A DNA stretch of 64,000 nt from an uncultured Mollicutes bacterium (GCA_900540395.1 UQFQ01000001.1:21809-85808), one strand, 5' to 3'; counted from the stretch's first letter, positions 34,620-44,017 are shown. Numbers and translations: made by a program. Notes: generated from the letters alone by a model not told the origin.

Positions 34620-35150
34620 ATGTTTAATGTTAACGATGAAATATCAATCAGCGATATTAAATACACAATAGTAAAACTTTTAGGACATGGTAAAGGTGGA
34701 TATTCATATTTAGCAACAGCTGATAATAAAAAATATGTATTAAAACAAATCCATCACGAGCCTTGTTCTTATTACCAATTTGGTAACAAAATCGAAGCCG
34801 AATTACATGATTATGAGCGACTTCTTAAAACAGGAATTAGAATTCCTAAATTGATCGCGTTTGATAAAGATAAAGAAATAATCATTAAAGAATATATTGA
34901 AGGACCAGTCTTATCTGACCTAATTAAATCAAATAAAGATATAACAATTTATATTAAGCAAATGAAAGACATGCTTCCTAATATTTATAGTGCAGGTCTT
35001 AATATTGATTATTATCCAACAAATTTCATTATCAATAAGAATGATAATTTAATTTATTACATTGATTATGAATGCAATTTATACGATGCAAAATGGGATT
35101 TTGATAATTGGGGAATAAAGTATTGGAATGGCAGTGAAAAACTAATTTAA
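34620..35150 (+). CDS. Minimal protein-kinase-like protein (Bud32/RIO/COG2112-like, 176 aa)
   Basis: Gly-rich loop LGHGKGGYSYLA, beta3 Lys in YVLKQI, hinge IIKEYIEG, catalytic-loop-like NIDYYPTNFII, DFG-like YYIDYE. AGGAG RBS. 10-nt gap after the HipA-like gene. Confidence 0.55.
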   Translation: MFNVNDEISISDIKYTIVKLLGHGKGGYSYLATADNKKYVLKQIHHEPCSYYQFGNKIEAELHDYERLLKTGIRIPKLIAFDKDKEIIIKEYIEGPVLSDLIKSNKDITIYIKQMKDMLPNIYSAGLNIDYYPTNFIINKNDNLIYYIDYECNLYDAKWDFDNWGIKYWNGSEKLI

Positions 35151-35384
35151 GAATGAAAATGGTATCGTTTTCTAGTAAAGATATTATCTTGCTATATTTT
35201 GTATTAAAGCGATAGCACAAAGACAATCTCGAATATCAGCACTAAAGTGCTATTTTATTTGAGTAATAGTTAGATAAAACTAAAGAAGTTTTCTTCCGAT
35301 AAAACCACAAGCCTGTAAGAAGCATTTTAGGTGAGATGCATAATTGCTGTTTTACCTGATTTAAATTATAAAGAAGAATCATTG

Positions 35385-35815
35385 AAGGACAATGTCCCTC
35401 AAAATGTCCCTCAAAATGTCCCTCAAAATTGATTTAGCAAAAATTATTGATGCTATAAAAGAAAAACCAAGAATAACTAGATAAGAGTTAGTTTCTGTTA
35501 TTGGAAAAAGTGTTAAAACAGTAGCAAGAATTCTTTGGTGTATGAATAATGGTAACTATTCCTTTTGATAGAAAAGGTTTTAATGTGAACAATGACTTCA
35601 CAATAAACCTCACAATAAATTGTTTAACTGAATTAGAACGAGTTATATTAGAGGAAATTAGTAATAATTGTAAAGTTGTAAGAGATGGTTTGTAGTCTAA
35701 GATAGGTAGGTCTTCTGATCATACCCAACGAATTTTAGATACTTCGGAAAATAAAGGATATATCAGAAGAAAAAGTTAAGATAAATCAAGTATTGGAAGA
35801 TTTTAAAATAATGAC
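35385..35815 (+). pseudogene. Decayed 3' part of a repeat-plus-double-winged-helix regulator gene (AlbA_2/ATPase-HTH-type C-terminus)
   Basis: NVPQNVPQNVPQ repeat, then after a frameshift KIDLAKIIDAIKEKPRITR*ELVSVIGKSVKTVARIL. A second module reads LTELERVILEEISNNCKVVRDGL*SKIGRSSDHTQRILDTSENKGYIRRKS*. Multiple in-frame stops. Confidence 0.6.
35391..35428 (+). repeat. 3 x 12-bp perfect tandem repeat (AATGTCCCTCAA)
   Basis: Read directly. Encodes NVPQ x3 inside the pseudogene. Confidence 0.9.
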
Positions 35816-35966
35816 AAATAAAGTTATTTTCAAAAAAGATGAAGAATTTTAGCCAATAATTTTGTTTATAGAATTAGTAAAATTTAACTATTTAAATGAG
35901 CAGGTAAACCGTCATCTACGAAATCTTTTGTGCAAACTATTTATATTTTTATGGTATTATTTTTGC

Positions 35967-37241
35967 ATGCGGTACGACACACTTTATGAAGTTTTAACGA
36001 TTATTAATAATATTATACTTTGTCTTATAGGTATACCATTTTTTTTACAAGTGGTTTATATGATTTTGTTTTGGGTAAAAAAGAAAGTTTATCCAAAAAG
36101 TTCTATAAAGCATAAGGCTGCCATAATAATTGCAGCGCGTAATGAAGAAAGCGTAATTTACAGTACGGTTAGACACATTTATGAGGATCAAAATTATCCA
36201 AAAGATAAATTTGATGTTTATGTTGTAGCTCATAATTGCACTGATAAAACAGCTGAACTTGCGGAAAAAGCCGGCGCAAAGGTTTTTGTTTTGAACGACC
36301 CAGACAAAAAGCGTCATATTGTTTGCTATGCTTTAAAATATGGAATTAATGAGATTATCAAAACAGGTATAAATTATGATTTTTTTATTAGATTTGATGC
36401 TGATAATCATATTTGCCCTGATTTCATCTCTTTAATGAATGATTGCTATTCATCTGGAGTAGAACTAGCTTGCCCTTATGAATCAGCGTTAAACATTTCG
36501 CAAAACAATTTCACTCAAGCTTGTGGACTTTATTATATTTTTAATTCTAGATTTGGCGGTAGAGTTAGAGAAAGACTTGGATTAAGTGCACATTTAAATG
36601 GGCCAGGAATGATGTTTTCTAGCAATATAGCAAAAAAATATGGATATGACTGCGAAACAATTTGCGAAGACACTGAATTTTCTTTTAAAAGACTTTTGGA
36701 TGGCTATAAAGCACATTATGTTGAAGATGCAATTGTATATGAAGATTTGCCTTCTACAATGAGAGACACTTACGCAAGAAATATTAGATTAGGCTCAGGT
36801 AATATTATTTTATTAAAAAAATATTCTTTAAAATTACTAGCTAATTTATTTAGGTTTAGAAAAGGGAGTCTTTCTTCGCTAGAACAAATCTTAACTTTTT
36901 CTTTTATTCCTTTATGTCCAATTTTATGCATATATTTACCAGTATTTTACATTTATTCTGCTTTGCATTTAGGTTTGACTGGTCAGTATAATGCTTTAAT
37001 TAATATGCTGATTCTAATTGGTTCTATTCTATTATTTCTTTTTATTTTTATGGGCATTCTGCAAGGTTTTGTGTTAGTTTTGCTTGATTATAAAAAGATG
37101 GGAGTAAAGAAAAGACGTGAACTTACAAAAGGAATCTTGTTATTTCCTGCTTTTACAGTAGTATATTGCGTAACTATAACATTTGGTGTCTTTTCAAAAC
37201 CAAGGCGGATTCCTATTAAGCGAAATCCAAATGCAGCATAA
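35967..37241 (+). CDS. Membrane-embedded family-2 glycosyltransferase (processive synthase-like)
   Basis: Start trimmed to ATG 35967. N-terminal TM helix, AARNEE, FDADN (DxD), CEDTEFS, then 4-5 C-terminal TM helices. Confidence 0.75.
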   Translation: MRYDTLYEVLTIINNIILCLIGIPFFLQVVYMILFWVKKKVYPKSSIKHKAAIIIAARNEESVIYSTVRHIYEDQNYPKDKFDVYVVAHNCTDKTAELAEKAGAKVFVLNDPDKKRHIVCYALKYGINEIIKTGINYDFFIRFDADNHICPDFISLMNDCYSSGVELACPYESALNISQNNFTQACGLYYIFNSRFGGRVRERLGLSAHLNGPGMMFSSNIAKKYGYDCETICEDTEFSFKRLLDGYKAHYVEDAIVYEDLPSTMRDTYARNIRLGSGNIILLKKYSLKLLANLFRFRKGSLSSLEQILTFSFIPLCPILCIYLPVFYIYSALHLGLTGQYNALINMLILIGSILLFLFIFMGILQGFVLVLLDYKKMGVKKRRELTKGILLFPAFTVVYCVTITFGVFSKPRRIPIKRNPNAA

Positions 37242-37343
37242 TTTTTAAGTTTCCTCTTCTAATTATTTTAAAGTTTTCTATATAAACCATTTACTAAAGA
37301 TTTTTGTTTTTAAATTTTAATTAAGAATAAAGGCCCTTCCAAC

Positions 37344-38297
37344 ATGAGCAAAAATAATTATGCAGTTATAGTTGAGCATTTAGTCAAAACTTATAATAAA
37401 GGTGAAGTAAAAGCAGTTAATGACATTTCCTTTAAGGTAGAAAAAGGCAGTCTTTTTGCTTTTTTAGGAATTAATGGGGCTGGTAAATCAACAACAATTA
37501 ATATCATTTGCTCGATCTTATCTAAAGACCAAGGAAGAATTTTCATTGATGGCTTAGACATTGATAAAGATAGAGAGCAAATCAAAAAAGAAATTGGCAT
37601 TGTTTTTCAAAATAGTGTTTTAGATCAAGAATTAACTGTTAAAGAAAATCTTGAGATAAGGTCTTCTTTTTATGACTTAAATAAAAAACAAAGAGAAGAC
37701 AACCTTAAAAAGATAATTGATTTATTAGAACTTGAACCAATTTTAAAAAGGCCTATAAAAAAACTAAGTGGTGGACAAAAAAGAAGAGTTGATATTGCTC
37801 GAGCGATGATTCATTTACCAAAGCTCTTGATATTAGATGAACCTACAACTGGTCTTGATCCAAAAACAAGAAGAACTGTTTGGTCTTTAATAAATAATAT
37901 CAAGAATGAGACTGGGATGACTGTTTTTTTAACAACCCACTATTTAGAAGAAGCAGAACAAGCAAGTCATGTTGTTATCATGGACAAAGGTCATATTATT
38001 GCAGAAGGTACCCCGGTTGAATTAAAAAACAAATATAGTAACGATTATTTATACAATTATTCAAAGAAAAACCATGAATTAGAATGGATTTTACATGAGA
38101 ATGGTATAAAATTTAGCTTTGATGAAGAAAATGAAACTTATAAAATTGTCATCGAAAAAGGAGCATCAGCTACTGATTTTATAACAAAGTATGCTAAATA
38201 TTTAAATGATATCGAAGTCTTAAAAGGGAATATGGACGATGTATTTTTAAACGTAACCGGAAGAGACATTTTAATAGGAGACGATAGTAATGATTAA
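37344..38297 (+). CDS. ABC transporter ATPase (ABC-2/DrrA-type exporter)
   Basis: GINGAGKSTT, LSGGQKRRVDIARA, LDEPTTGLD. Stop overlaps the start of the permease gene. Confidence 0.9.
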   Translation: MSKNNYAVIVEHLVKTYNKGEVKAVNDISFKVEKGSLFAFLGINGAGKSTTINIICSILSKDQGRIFIDGLDIDKDREQIKKEIGIVFQNSVLDQELTVKENLEIRSSFYDLNKKQREDNLKKIIDLLELEPILKRPIKKLSGGQKRRVDIARAMIHLPKLLILDEPTTGLDPKTRRTVWSLINNIKNETGMTVFLTTHYLEEAEQASHVVIMDKGHIIAEGTPVELKNKYSNDYLYNYSKKNHELEWILHENGIKFSFDEENETYKIVIEKGASATDFITKYAKYLNDIEVLKGNMDDVFLNVTGRDILIGDDSND

Positions 38298-39252
38298 TAG
38301 TTTAATGAACATTCTTAACGTATTTTTAAATCTTACTAAAAGACATTTTTTAGTCTTCTTTAAAAATAAGATTAGAGTTTTATATACACTTTTAGTCCCT
38401 ATTATTATTTTACTTGTATACATTCTCTTTTTAAGAAACTTAGAACTATCAACAGTTCAAAATATTTTATATGAATTAGAGGTTGAAGCGACCCCTGAAT
38501 TAACAACTTATATTAGTACATTAGTTGATTCTTGGATGTTATCAGGAATTATCATTTTAAGTACAATAACGATCTCTATTCAAACTAATAATATAATCAT
38601 TAATGACAAAGAAAACGGAGTTAATCGCGATTTTGCCTCCTCACCAATTAAAAATTCTTATTTAATTGGTAGTTATTTTTTATTTAATTTTATAGTTACA
38701 ATGTTCCTTTGCTTGATTGTCATGGCAATTTGCTTTGTCTATCTTGCTATAATGGGTGAATTTTTCTTAACTTTTATTGATTTTTTAATTGCTTTTGGAG
38801 TTTTAACTTTATCTACAGCAACCTCAACACTTTTAACAATTTTTATTTGCTCATTCATTAAACATGAATCAACTTTAGCTAGTATTATTGCTGTTTTTTC
38901 AACGGTCGCTGGTTTTGTAATTGGAGCTTATATGCCTTTATCAATGTTCCCAGATTGGTTTAGAAATATTTGTGGTTTTGTTCCTGGAACATATTCTACC
39001 GATTTAATGCGTTTTGCATTTATGGCAACTCCTTTAGATGGTTTAAGTGGACTTGTTAGTAACTTAAATCTTGCTAACGGAGAAGAATTAATTAACAATT
39101 TATTCAATAGTTTTGGATATGAAATCAATCTTTTTGGAACAAATATTAACGTTGGTTACCAAGCTTTAATTAATGTTGGTTTTGTTGTTCTCTTTATGAT
39201 TTTAAATACTTTTTCGATAAAACATATAACTAAAGTAGTTGCTGATAATTAG
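38290..39252 (+). CDS. ABC-2 type transporter permease
   Basis: 320 aa with ~6 TM helices, translationally coupled (8-nt overlap) to the ATPase. Confidence 0.75.
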   Translation: MINSLMNILNVFLNLTKRHFLVFFKNKIRVLYTLLVPIIILLVYILFLRNLELSTVQNILYELEVEATPELTTYISTLVDSWMLSGIIILSTITISIQTNNIIINDKENGVNRDFASSPIKNSYLIGSYFLFNFIVTMFLCLIVMAICFVYLAIMGEFFLTFIDFLIAFGVLTLSTATSTLLTIFICSFIKHESTLASIIAVFSTVAGFVIGAYMPLSMFPDWFRNICGFVPGTYSTDLMRFAFMATPLDGLSGLVSNLNLANGEELINNLFNSFGYEINLFGTNINVGYQALINVGFVVLFMILNTFSIKHITKVVADN

Positions 39253-39361
39253 TAAAACAAATCTTAAAAACGGTTAATTACATTCAAAAACCTTGCAAAT
39301 CTAACTTAAATAATTAATATAACTAATGGTGTTAAATACATTTTTAAGGTAATAAGTTTAT

Positions 39362-39895
39362 ATGGCTCAACATGTTATTGTGAAAGAATATAATCCTCTT
39401 TATCCAAAACTTTATAATGAAGAGGAAAAGTTAATTAAAAAGATACTTGGCAAAAATCTTGTCCATATAGAACATATTGGTTCAACTTCGGTGCCAAATT
39501 TAAAATCAAAACCGATTATTGATATTTTAGTAAGCGTCAATTCACTTGAAGAAGCTGATTTAAAGCAAAAAGAATTTGAAGCAATAGGCTATGAATATAT
39601 GGGCGAATTTGGTATTAAAGGTCGTCGCTATTTAAGAAAAGGTGGAAACGAAAGAACACATCAAATTCATATTTTTCATAAATCTGATAAGAATAATCTT
39701 ATTCGCCATATTGCATTTAAAAACTATTTAATTAAACATCCTGATATAAGAGATGCTTATGGTGAGTTAAAGGAGAATCTAGCTAAAAAATTTCCTTATG
39801 ATATCGATTCATATTGTGATGGGAAGGATGCATTTATTAAAAAGTATGAAGAATTAGCCATAGAGGAATTTTCGATTAATCTTTGTAATTACTGA
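39362..39895 (+). CDS. GrpB-family protein
   Basis: HIGSTSVPNLKSKPIIDILV and HIFH motifs typical of GrpB (nucleotidyltransferase-like fold). Confidence 0.75.
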   Translation: MAQHVIVKEYNPLYPKLYNEEEKLIKKILGKNLVHIEHIGSTSVPNLKSKPIIDILVSVNSLEEADLKQKEFEAIGYEYMGEFGIKGRRYLRKGGNERTHQIHIFHKSDKNNLIRHIAFKNYLIKHPDIRDAYGELKENLAKKFPYDIDSYCDGKDAFIKKYEELAIEEFSINLCNY

Positions 39896-39983
39896 CAAAG
39901 TGTAATTTATCTTACTTTATAAGTAAGAAATAAATTGAATGAGAAATATTGCTAAATTATAATCTAGTTGCGGAGATGTTTTT

Positions 39984-40604
39984 ATGAAAGTTTTATTAAT
40001 CAACGGAAGTCCTAACCAAAAAGGATGCACAAATAGAGCACTAGAAGAAGTTAAAACAACGTTAAATAAAGAAGGAGTTGAGACAGAACTTGTTTGGATT
40101 GGCAATCAACCAATCGCTGGTTGTATTGCTTGTAGAACTTGCAAGAAAACCAATAGATGTGTTTTTAATAATGATTTAGTTAATAAATTAATAGAAAGAC
40201 TTGATGAATTTGATGGAATTATTGTTGGCTCTCCCGTTTATTATAGCGGCCCAAGTGGACAAATTTGTGCTTTTTTAGATCGTCTTTTCTTTGCTGGCGG
40301 CGATTTTTCTGGCAAAGTTGGAGCAGCCGTTGTTTCTTGCAGAAGAGGTGGAGCTACAGCATCGTTTGATCGTTTAAACAAATATTTTACAATTTCAAAT
40401 ATGGTTCAAGCCTCATCTCAATATCGGAACATGGTTCATGGAAATACCCCTGAAGAAGTCAAACAAGATTTAGAAGGCTTACAAACAATGCGTACGCTTG
40501 GTCAAAACGTTGCTTGGCTTTTAAAATGCATCGAAGCAGGAAAAGAAAAAGGCATTGAAAAGCCTAAGTATGAGGCTTTTACAAAAACAAATTTTATAAG
40601 GTAA
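39984..40604 (+). CDS. Flavodoxin-like FMN reductase/iron-sulfur flavoprotein family
   Basis: MKVLLINGSPNQKGCT N-terminus, Cys cluster CIACRTCKKTNRC, GSPVYYSGPSG. Confidence 0.75.
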   Translation: MKVLLINGSPNQKGCTNRALEEVKTTLNKEGVETELVWIGNQPIAGCIACRTCKKTNRCVFNNDLVNKLIERLDEFDGIIVGSPVYYSGPSGQICAFLDRLFFAGGDFSGKVGAAVVSCRRGGATASFDRLNKYFTISNMVQASSQYRNMVHGNTPEEVKQDLEGLQTMRTLGQNVAWLLKCIEAGKEKGIEKPKYEAFTKTNFIR

Positions 40605-40609
40605 CACAA

Positions 40610-41101
40610 ATGAAGAACACAGCTAAGATTTTTATTTATATAGGCGTTGCATTAAGAATTTTATTTTTTGCAATTATCGAATCATTTTTATTAATTGGTT
40701 TACTTAATGTCTCTTATTATAGCGAATATGTAATTTTTGAAATTACTGTTTTTGCTGTTATGATGCTACTTGCTTTAATAATTCCAATCGCTTCTTTATT
40801 AGTTGCTCATTTTACTTTAAAATCACTTAAAGTTGCTACTAAGAAGGACGATATTATTGGAATCAGTGTAGTTTGCTTAATCTTCTCTAGTATTATTGGT
40901 GGTATAGTTTTATTATCATCTGATGATAAGGATTTTGTAGCAAGTACTAATGCTAAGACAAGCAAGAGTCAAGAAGATAGTGAACTTACTCCATTAGAGA
41001 AAAATCTTAAAAGAATAAGAAATATGAAAGAAAGTGGAGCTATTAGCCAAGAAGAATACGATCAATTAAGAAAGAAAATATTAGAAAACGAATACAAGTA
41101 A
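40610..41101 (+). CDS. Membrane protein with C-terminal SHOCT domain
   Basis: Four hydrophobic helices, then KESGAISQEEYDQLRKKILE (SHOCT-like). Confidence 0.6.
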   Translation: MKNTAKIFIYIGVALRILFFAIIESFLLIGLLNVSYYSEYVIFEITVFAVMMLLALIIPIASLLVAHFTLKSLKVATKKDDIIGISVVCLIFSSIIGGIVLLSSDDKDFVASTNAKTSKSQEDSELTPLEKNLKRIRNMKESGAISQEEYDQLRKKILENEYK

Positions 41102-41415
41102 TGAAAAAGAAAAAACTAAGTTATAAATTTTATTATGTTTTAGGGATTATTCTTACCTTTATTTTTCTATTTCTTTTTGCTTTATTTGTTACTTTACCTT
41201 TAGCCATTAAAGATTTTCCAGAGTATTTAGGGCGGGTCGCAATTGTTATTTGTATGGTTTCTTTTGTCGGAATTATATTTGGAGTTTATCTTGTTAAAAA
41301 AGCTAATTTTATTAAAATTAATCAAAAGCAAAACAAAGAAGCCGAGGAAGTGAAAGAGAGAATTAAAGAAAGCTATATCAAACATCATCGATACGACGAA
41401 AACGATGATAATTAA
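41101..41415 (+). CDS. Small membrane protein
   Basis: 104 aa, two TM helices, charged tail. ATG overlaps the preceding stop (TAATG). Confidence 0.5.
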   Translation: MKKKKLSYKFYYVLGIILTFIFLFLFALFVTLPLAIKDFPEYLGRVAIVICMVSFVGIIFGVYLVKKANFIKINQKQNKEAEEVKERIKESYIKHHRYDENDDN

Positions 41416-41462
41416 GAAAAAACCTTGCAAATCTCACCTATTTTATTTGATAAAATATATTT

Positions 41463-41536
41463 AGGAGCTTAAGTTAATGGTAAACTGCCAATCTCCGAAG
41501 TTGGTTATAGCAGTTCGATTCTGCTAGCTCCTGCCA
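41463..41536 (+). tRNA. tRNA-Arg, anticodon CCG
   Basis: Hand-folded: acceptor AGGAGCT/AGCTCCT, D arm AGTT/AACT, anticodon arm CCAAT-CTCCGAA-GTTGG, T arm AGCAG-TTCGATT-CTGCT, encoded CCA. 74 nt. Confidence 0.8.
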
Positions 41537-41771
41537 AATTAATCTAGAATGTTTTACTTTTAAACATCAAATATATACAAACCTAAATTTCTGATTCATT
41601 TTTGAGTATTCTTTCTCAATAATTTTCGATTTTAAATAATAATTTCTTAACTTTAGGTAAAATAATGTACATTAATTTAACTTTGTAATATTGAAAGTTA
41701 AATTATTTCATTGTTTTTAACAATTCTTGATTTTATAATCTAATTACAGGTTATTATGAAAGGATTTTAAA

Positions 41772-42716
41772 ATGGAAATTAAAAATGTTGTTGTAATAGG
41801 CGGTGGTGTTTTGGGAAGTCAAATTGCTTTTCAAAGTGCTTATTGTGGTTACGATGTCACTATTTGGTTAAGAAGTGAAGGAAGTATCGGTAGATGCCAA
41901 CCAAAGCTCGATAATCTTAAAAAAGTTTATGAAGAAACAATTGAAAAAATGGATACACCAGAAGGAAAAACAAAAGGTGTTTGGGCCGTTGGAATTGCTG
42001 ATCTAGAAACATTTAACAAAAAGGAATGTTTAGAAAAAGTCGAAAAAGCTTATTCTAGCATTAAGTTAACAACTTCTTTAAAAGATGCGTTAAAAGATGC
42101 GGATTTAGTTATTGAATCAATGGCTGAAAACGTTGAAGAGAAAATTGAATTTTATAAAAAAGCCGCACCTTTAATGCCAGAAAAAACAATCTTGGTTACA
42201 AATTCTTCTAGTTTATTACCATCAAAATTTGCTAAATATACTGGAAGAAGCGATAAATATTTATCCTTACATTTTGCAAATTCTATTTGGTTACATAATG
42301 TTACTGAAGTTATGGTTCAAGCAAAAACCAATCCAAAATATTTTGATATAATTATGGACTTTGCTAAAAGTATCAGAATGTTACCTCTTCCAGTAAAGAA
42401 AGAGAAAGCAGGTTATTTACTTAATTCAATGCTTATCCCATTCTTATTTAGCGCATTAGATTTATATGTTAATGGTGTAAGTGATCCTGAAAGCATTGAT
42501 ATAGCTTGGACTCATGGAACTGGTGCTCCACTTGGACCTTTTAGAATCTTAGATAAGATTGGTTTAAAAACTGCATACAATATAGTCGAAATGTATTTAA
42601 AGATTCCTTCATTCCTTGCTCCATATAACTTTAAAGGAATGGCTAAACTTCTTAAAAAATATATCGATGAAGGAAAATTAGGTCTTTCTGCCGGTGAAGG
42701 ATTCTATAAATATTAA
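41772..42716 (+). CDS. 3-hydroxyacyl-CoA dehydrogenase family oxidoreductase
   Basis: Rossmann motif VVVIGGGVLGSQIA, HFANSIW (HFFNP-like), C-terminal 3HCDH-type helical domain, GxGFY ending. Confidence 0.8.
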   Translation: MEIKNVVVIGGGVLGSQIAFQSAYCGYDVTIWLRSEGSIGRCQPKLDNLKKVYEETIEKMDTPEGKTKGVWAVGIADLETFNKKECLEKVEKAYSSIKLTTSLKDALKDADLVIESMAENVEEKIEFYKKAAPLMPEKTILVTNSSSLLPSKFAKYTGRSDKYLSLHFANSIWLHNVTEVMVQAKTNPKYFDIIMDFAKSIRMLPLPVKKEKAGYLLNSMLIPFLFSALDLYVNGVSDPESIDIAWTHGTGAPLGPFRILDKIGLKTAYNIVEMYLKIPSFLAPYNFKGMAKLLKKYIDEGKLGLSAGEGFYKY

Positions 42717-42735
42717 TTAATTTATTGTATCTATT

Positions 42736-42767
42736 AAAAAAGGTAAGTCGAACGGCTTACCTTTTTA
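42736..42767. terminator. Bidirectional terminator between convergent genes
   Basis: AGGTAAGTC-GAAC-GGCTTACCT hairpin flanked by an A5 run and a T5 run. Confidence 0.7.
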
Positions 42768-43301
42768 TAACTCATAAAAAGAATTATCGTAAGTTACTGT
42801 ATCATTAAAAAGCTTATTGGAATTATTAAGGATTTTGACAATAAAATAATCATTTGGTACAGCAAAAAAATTTTTTATGCCAAGTGTAGCTGCGTTTTTA
42901 TAGCCAAAACGAGAATAGTATTTTGGATTACCTAAAACGATTGAATGAGTATAGCCATATTTTGCAGCAACTTCATGGCCATAGTTAACAAGAAAAGTAC
43001 CAATTTTTTGATTTTGATATTTAGGAGAAACAGGTAATGGAACTAAGGCTAAAACTTCATAATCTCCTATATGTACTTTAGTAAACATGATGAAACCAAC
43101 TAATTCGTCATTGATTTTTGCGGTAAGAGTTAATCTTGGTATATATGAGGAACTCTTTCTTAATTTTTGGACTAAAAGATGTTCATCATGATTACTTTGC
43201 TCTTCGTTTTTAAATGCCTCGATTAAAAGTTTGCTTATAGCTTCAAAGTCTTTTTCTTCTTCTGTGGCTATGTAAATTCTTTGCTTATTTTTTGCAAGCA
43301 T
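42765..43301 (-). CDS. GNAT-family N-acetyltransferase (YhbS/COG3153-like)
   Basis: LVGFIMFTKV...LVPLPVSPKYQNQKIGTFLV...VLGNPKYYSRFGY. Start set at the ATG (MLAKNKQRIY) rather than the TTG at 43337. Confidence 0.8.
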   Translation of the reverse strand: MLAKNKQRIYIATEEEKDFEAISKLLIEAFKNEEQSNHDEHLLVQKLRKSSSYIPRLTLTAKINDELVGFIMFTKVHIGDYEVLALVPLPVSPKYQNQKIGTFLVNYGHEVAAKYGYTHSIVLGNPKYYSRFGYKNAATLGIKNFFAVPNDYFIVKILNNSNKLFNDTVTYDNSFYEL

Positions 43302-43343
43302 AAAAAGAAATTTGCCTAAAATATTTAACTTTTGCAAGCTTTT

Positions 43344-43868
43344 TCAGTAAACAACATGGATTCTTGATATGATTTTTGCGATTTCTTCCGGTGATTCTTT
43401 AAAGTTATTTTTCATCCATTCTTTTATAACCGAGAAGAAACCATCAATGAAAAATCTAGCTGTATAATAAATCATTGTATAATCGTTATTATACTTATCT
43501 TTAGCTTTTGGTAGTAATTCTTGATTGAATAAAGTATTAAAATCTTCATCTGCTTTAAAAGCTGAAGAGTTTTTAAAGTAAGCTTTAAATAATGGAGCAT
43601 GGTTTTTTACAAAAAGAAGATAATTTAGAAAAATTTGATTTTTGAAATTATCTAAATGTAATGGTCCATTATTGTTTTCTTTTTTAAATTCTTCAATAGC
43701 TTGATTTTTAGCATCTTCTAATAATTCCAGTAAATTAGAATAATAAGCATAAAAAGTTGTACGATGAATTTTGGCAATCATACAAACTTCACTAACATTA
43801 ATCTCAATAAAATCTTTAATAGAAAGTAGCTCATAAAGAGCATTGATCATTTTTTCTTTAGCATTCAT
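43344..43868 (-). CDS. TetR-family transcriptional regulator
   Basis: N-terminal HTH INVSEVCMIAKIHRTTFYAYYSN. Start trimmed to MNAKEKMINALY. Confidence 0.8.
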   Translation of the reverse strand: MNAKEKMINALYELLSIKDFIEINVSEVCMIAKIHRTTFYAYYSNLLELLEDAKNQAIEEFKKENNNGPLHLDNFKNQIFLNYLLFVKNHAPLFKAYFKNSSAFKADEDFNTLFNQELLPKAKDKYNNDYTMIYYTARFFIDGFFSVIKEWMKNNFKESPEEIAKIISRIHVVY

Positions 43869-44017
43869 TTTAAAAATCCTACACATTAATAAATTGTTGT
43901 CGTTTTAAAAAGACAACTAATGGTTTTGAATATAGTCAGTAAATCAAAGCTAGCCAAATTATAACACGACACGTGTAGGATTTACAAAATTAGAAAAGAA
44001 GAAAAGAGGGTTTAAAA

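Noticed and set aside
35391-35428. Short tandem repeats at 35391-35428, 59481-59516 and 57588-57665, considered as a CRISPR array.
   Set aside because: The units are 12 or 23-24 bp with no unique spacers and only three copies. The first two are in-frame coding repeats of pseudogenes and the third overlaps a promoter. No cas genes are present.
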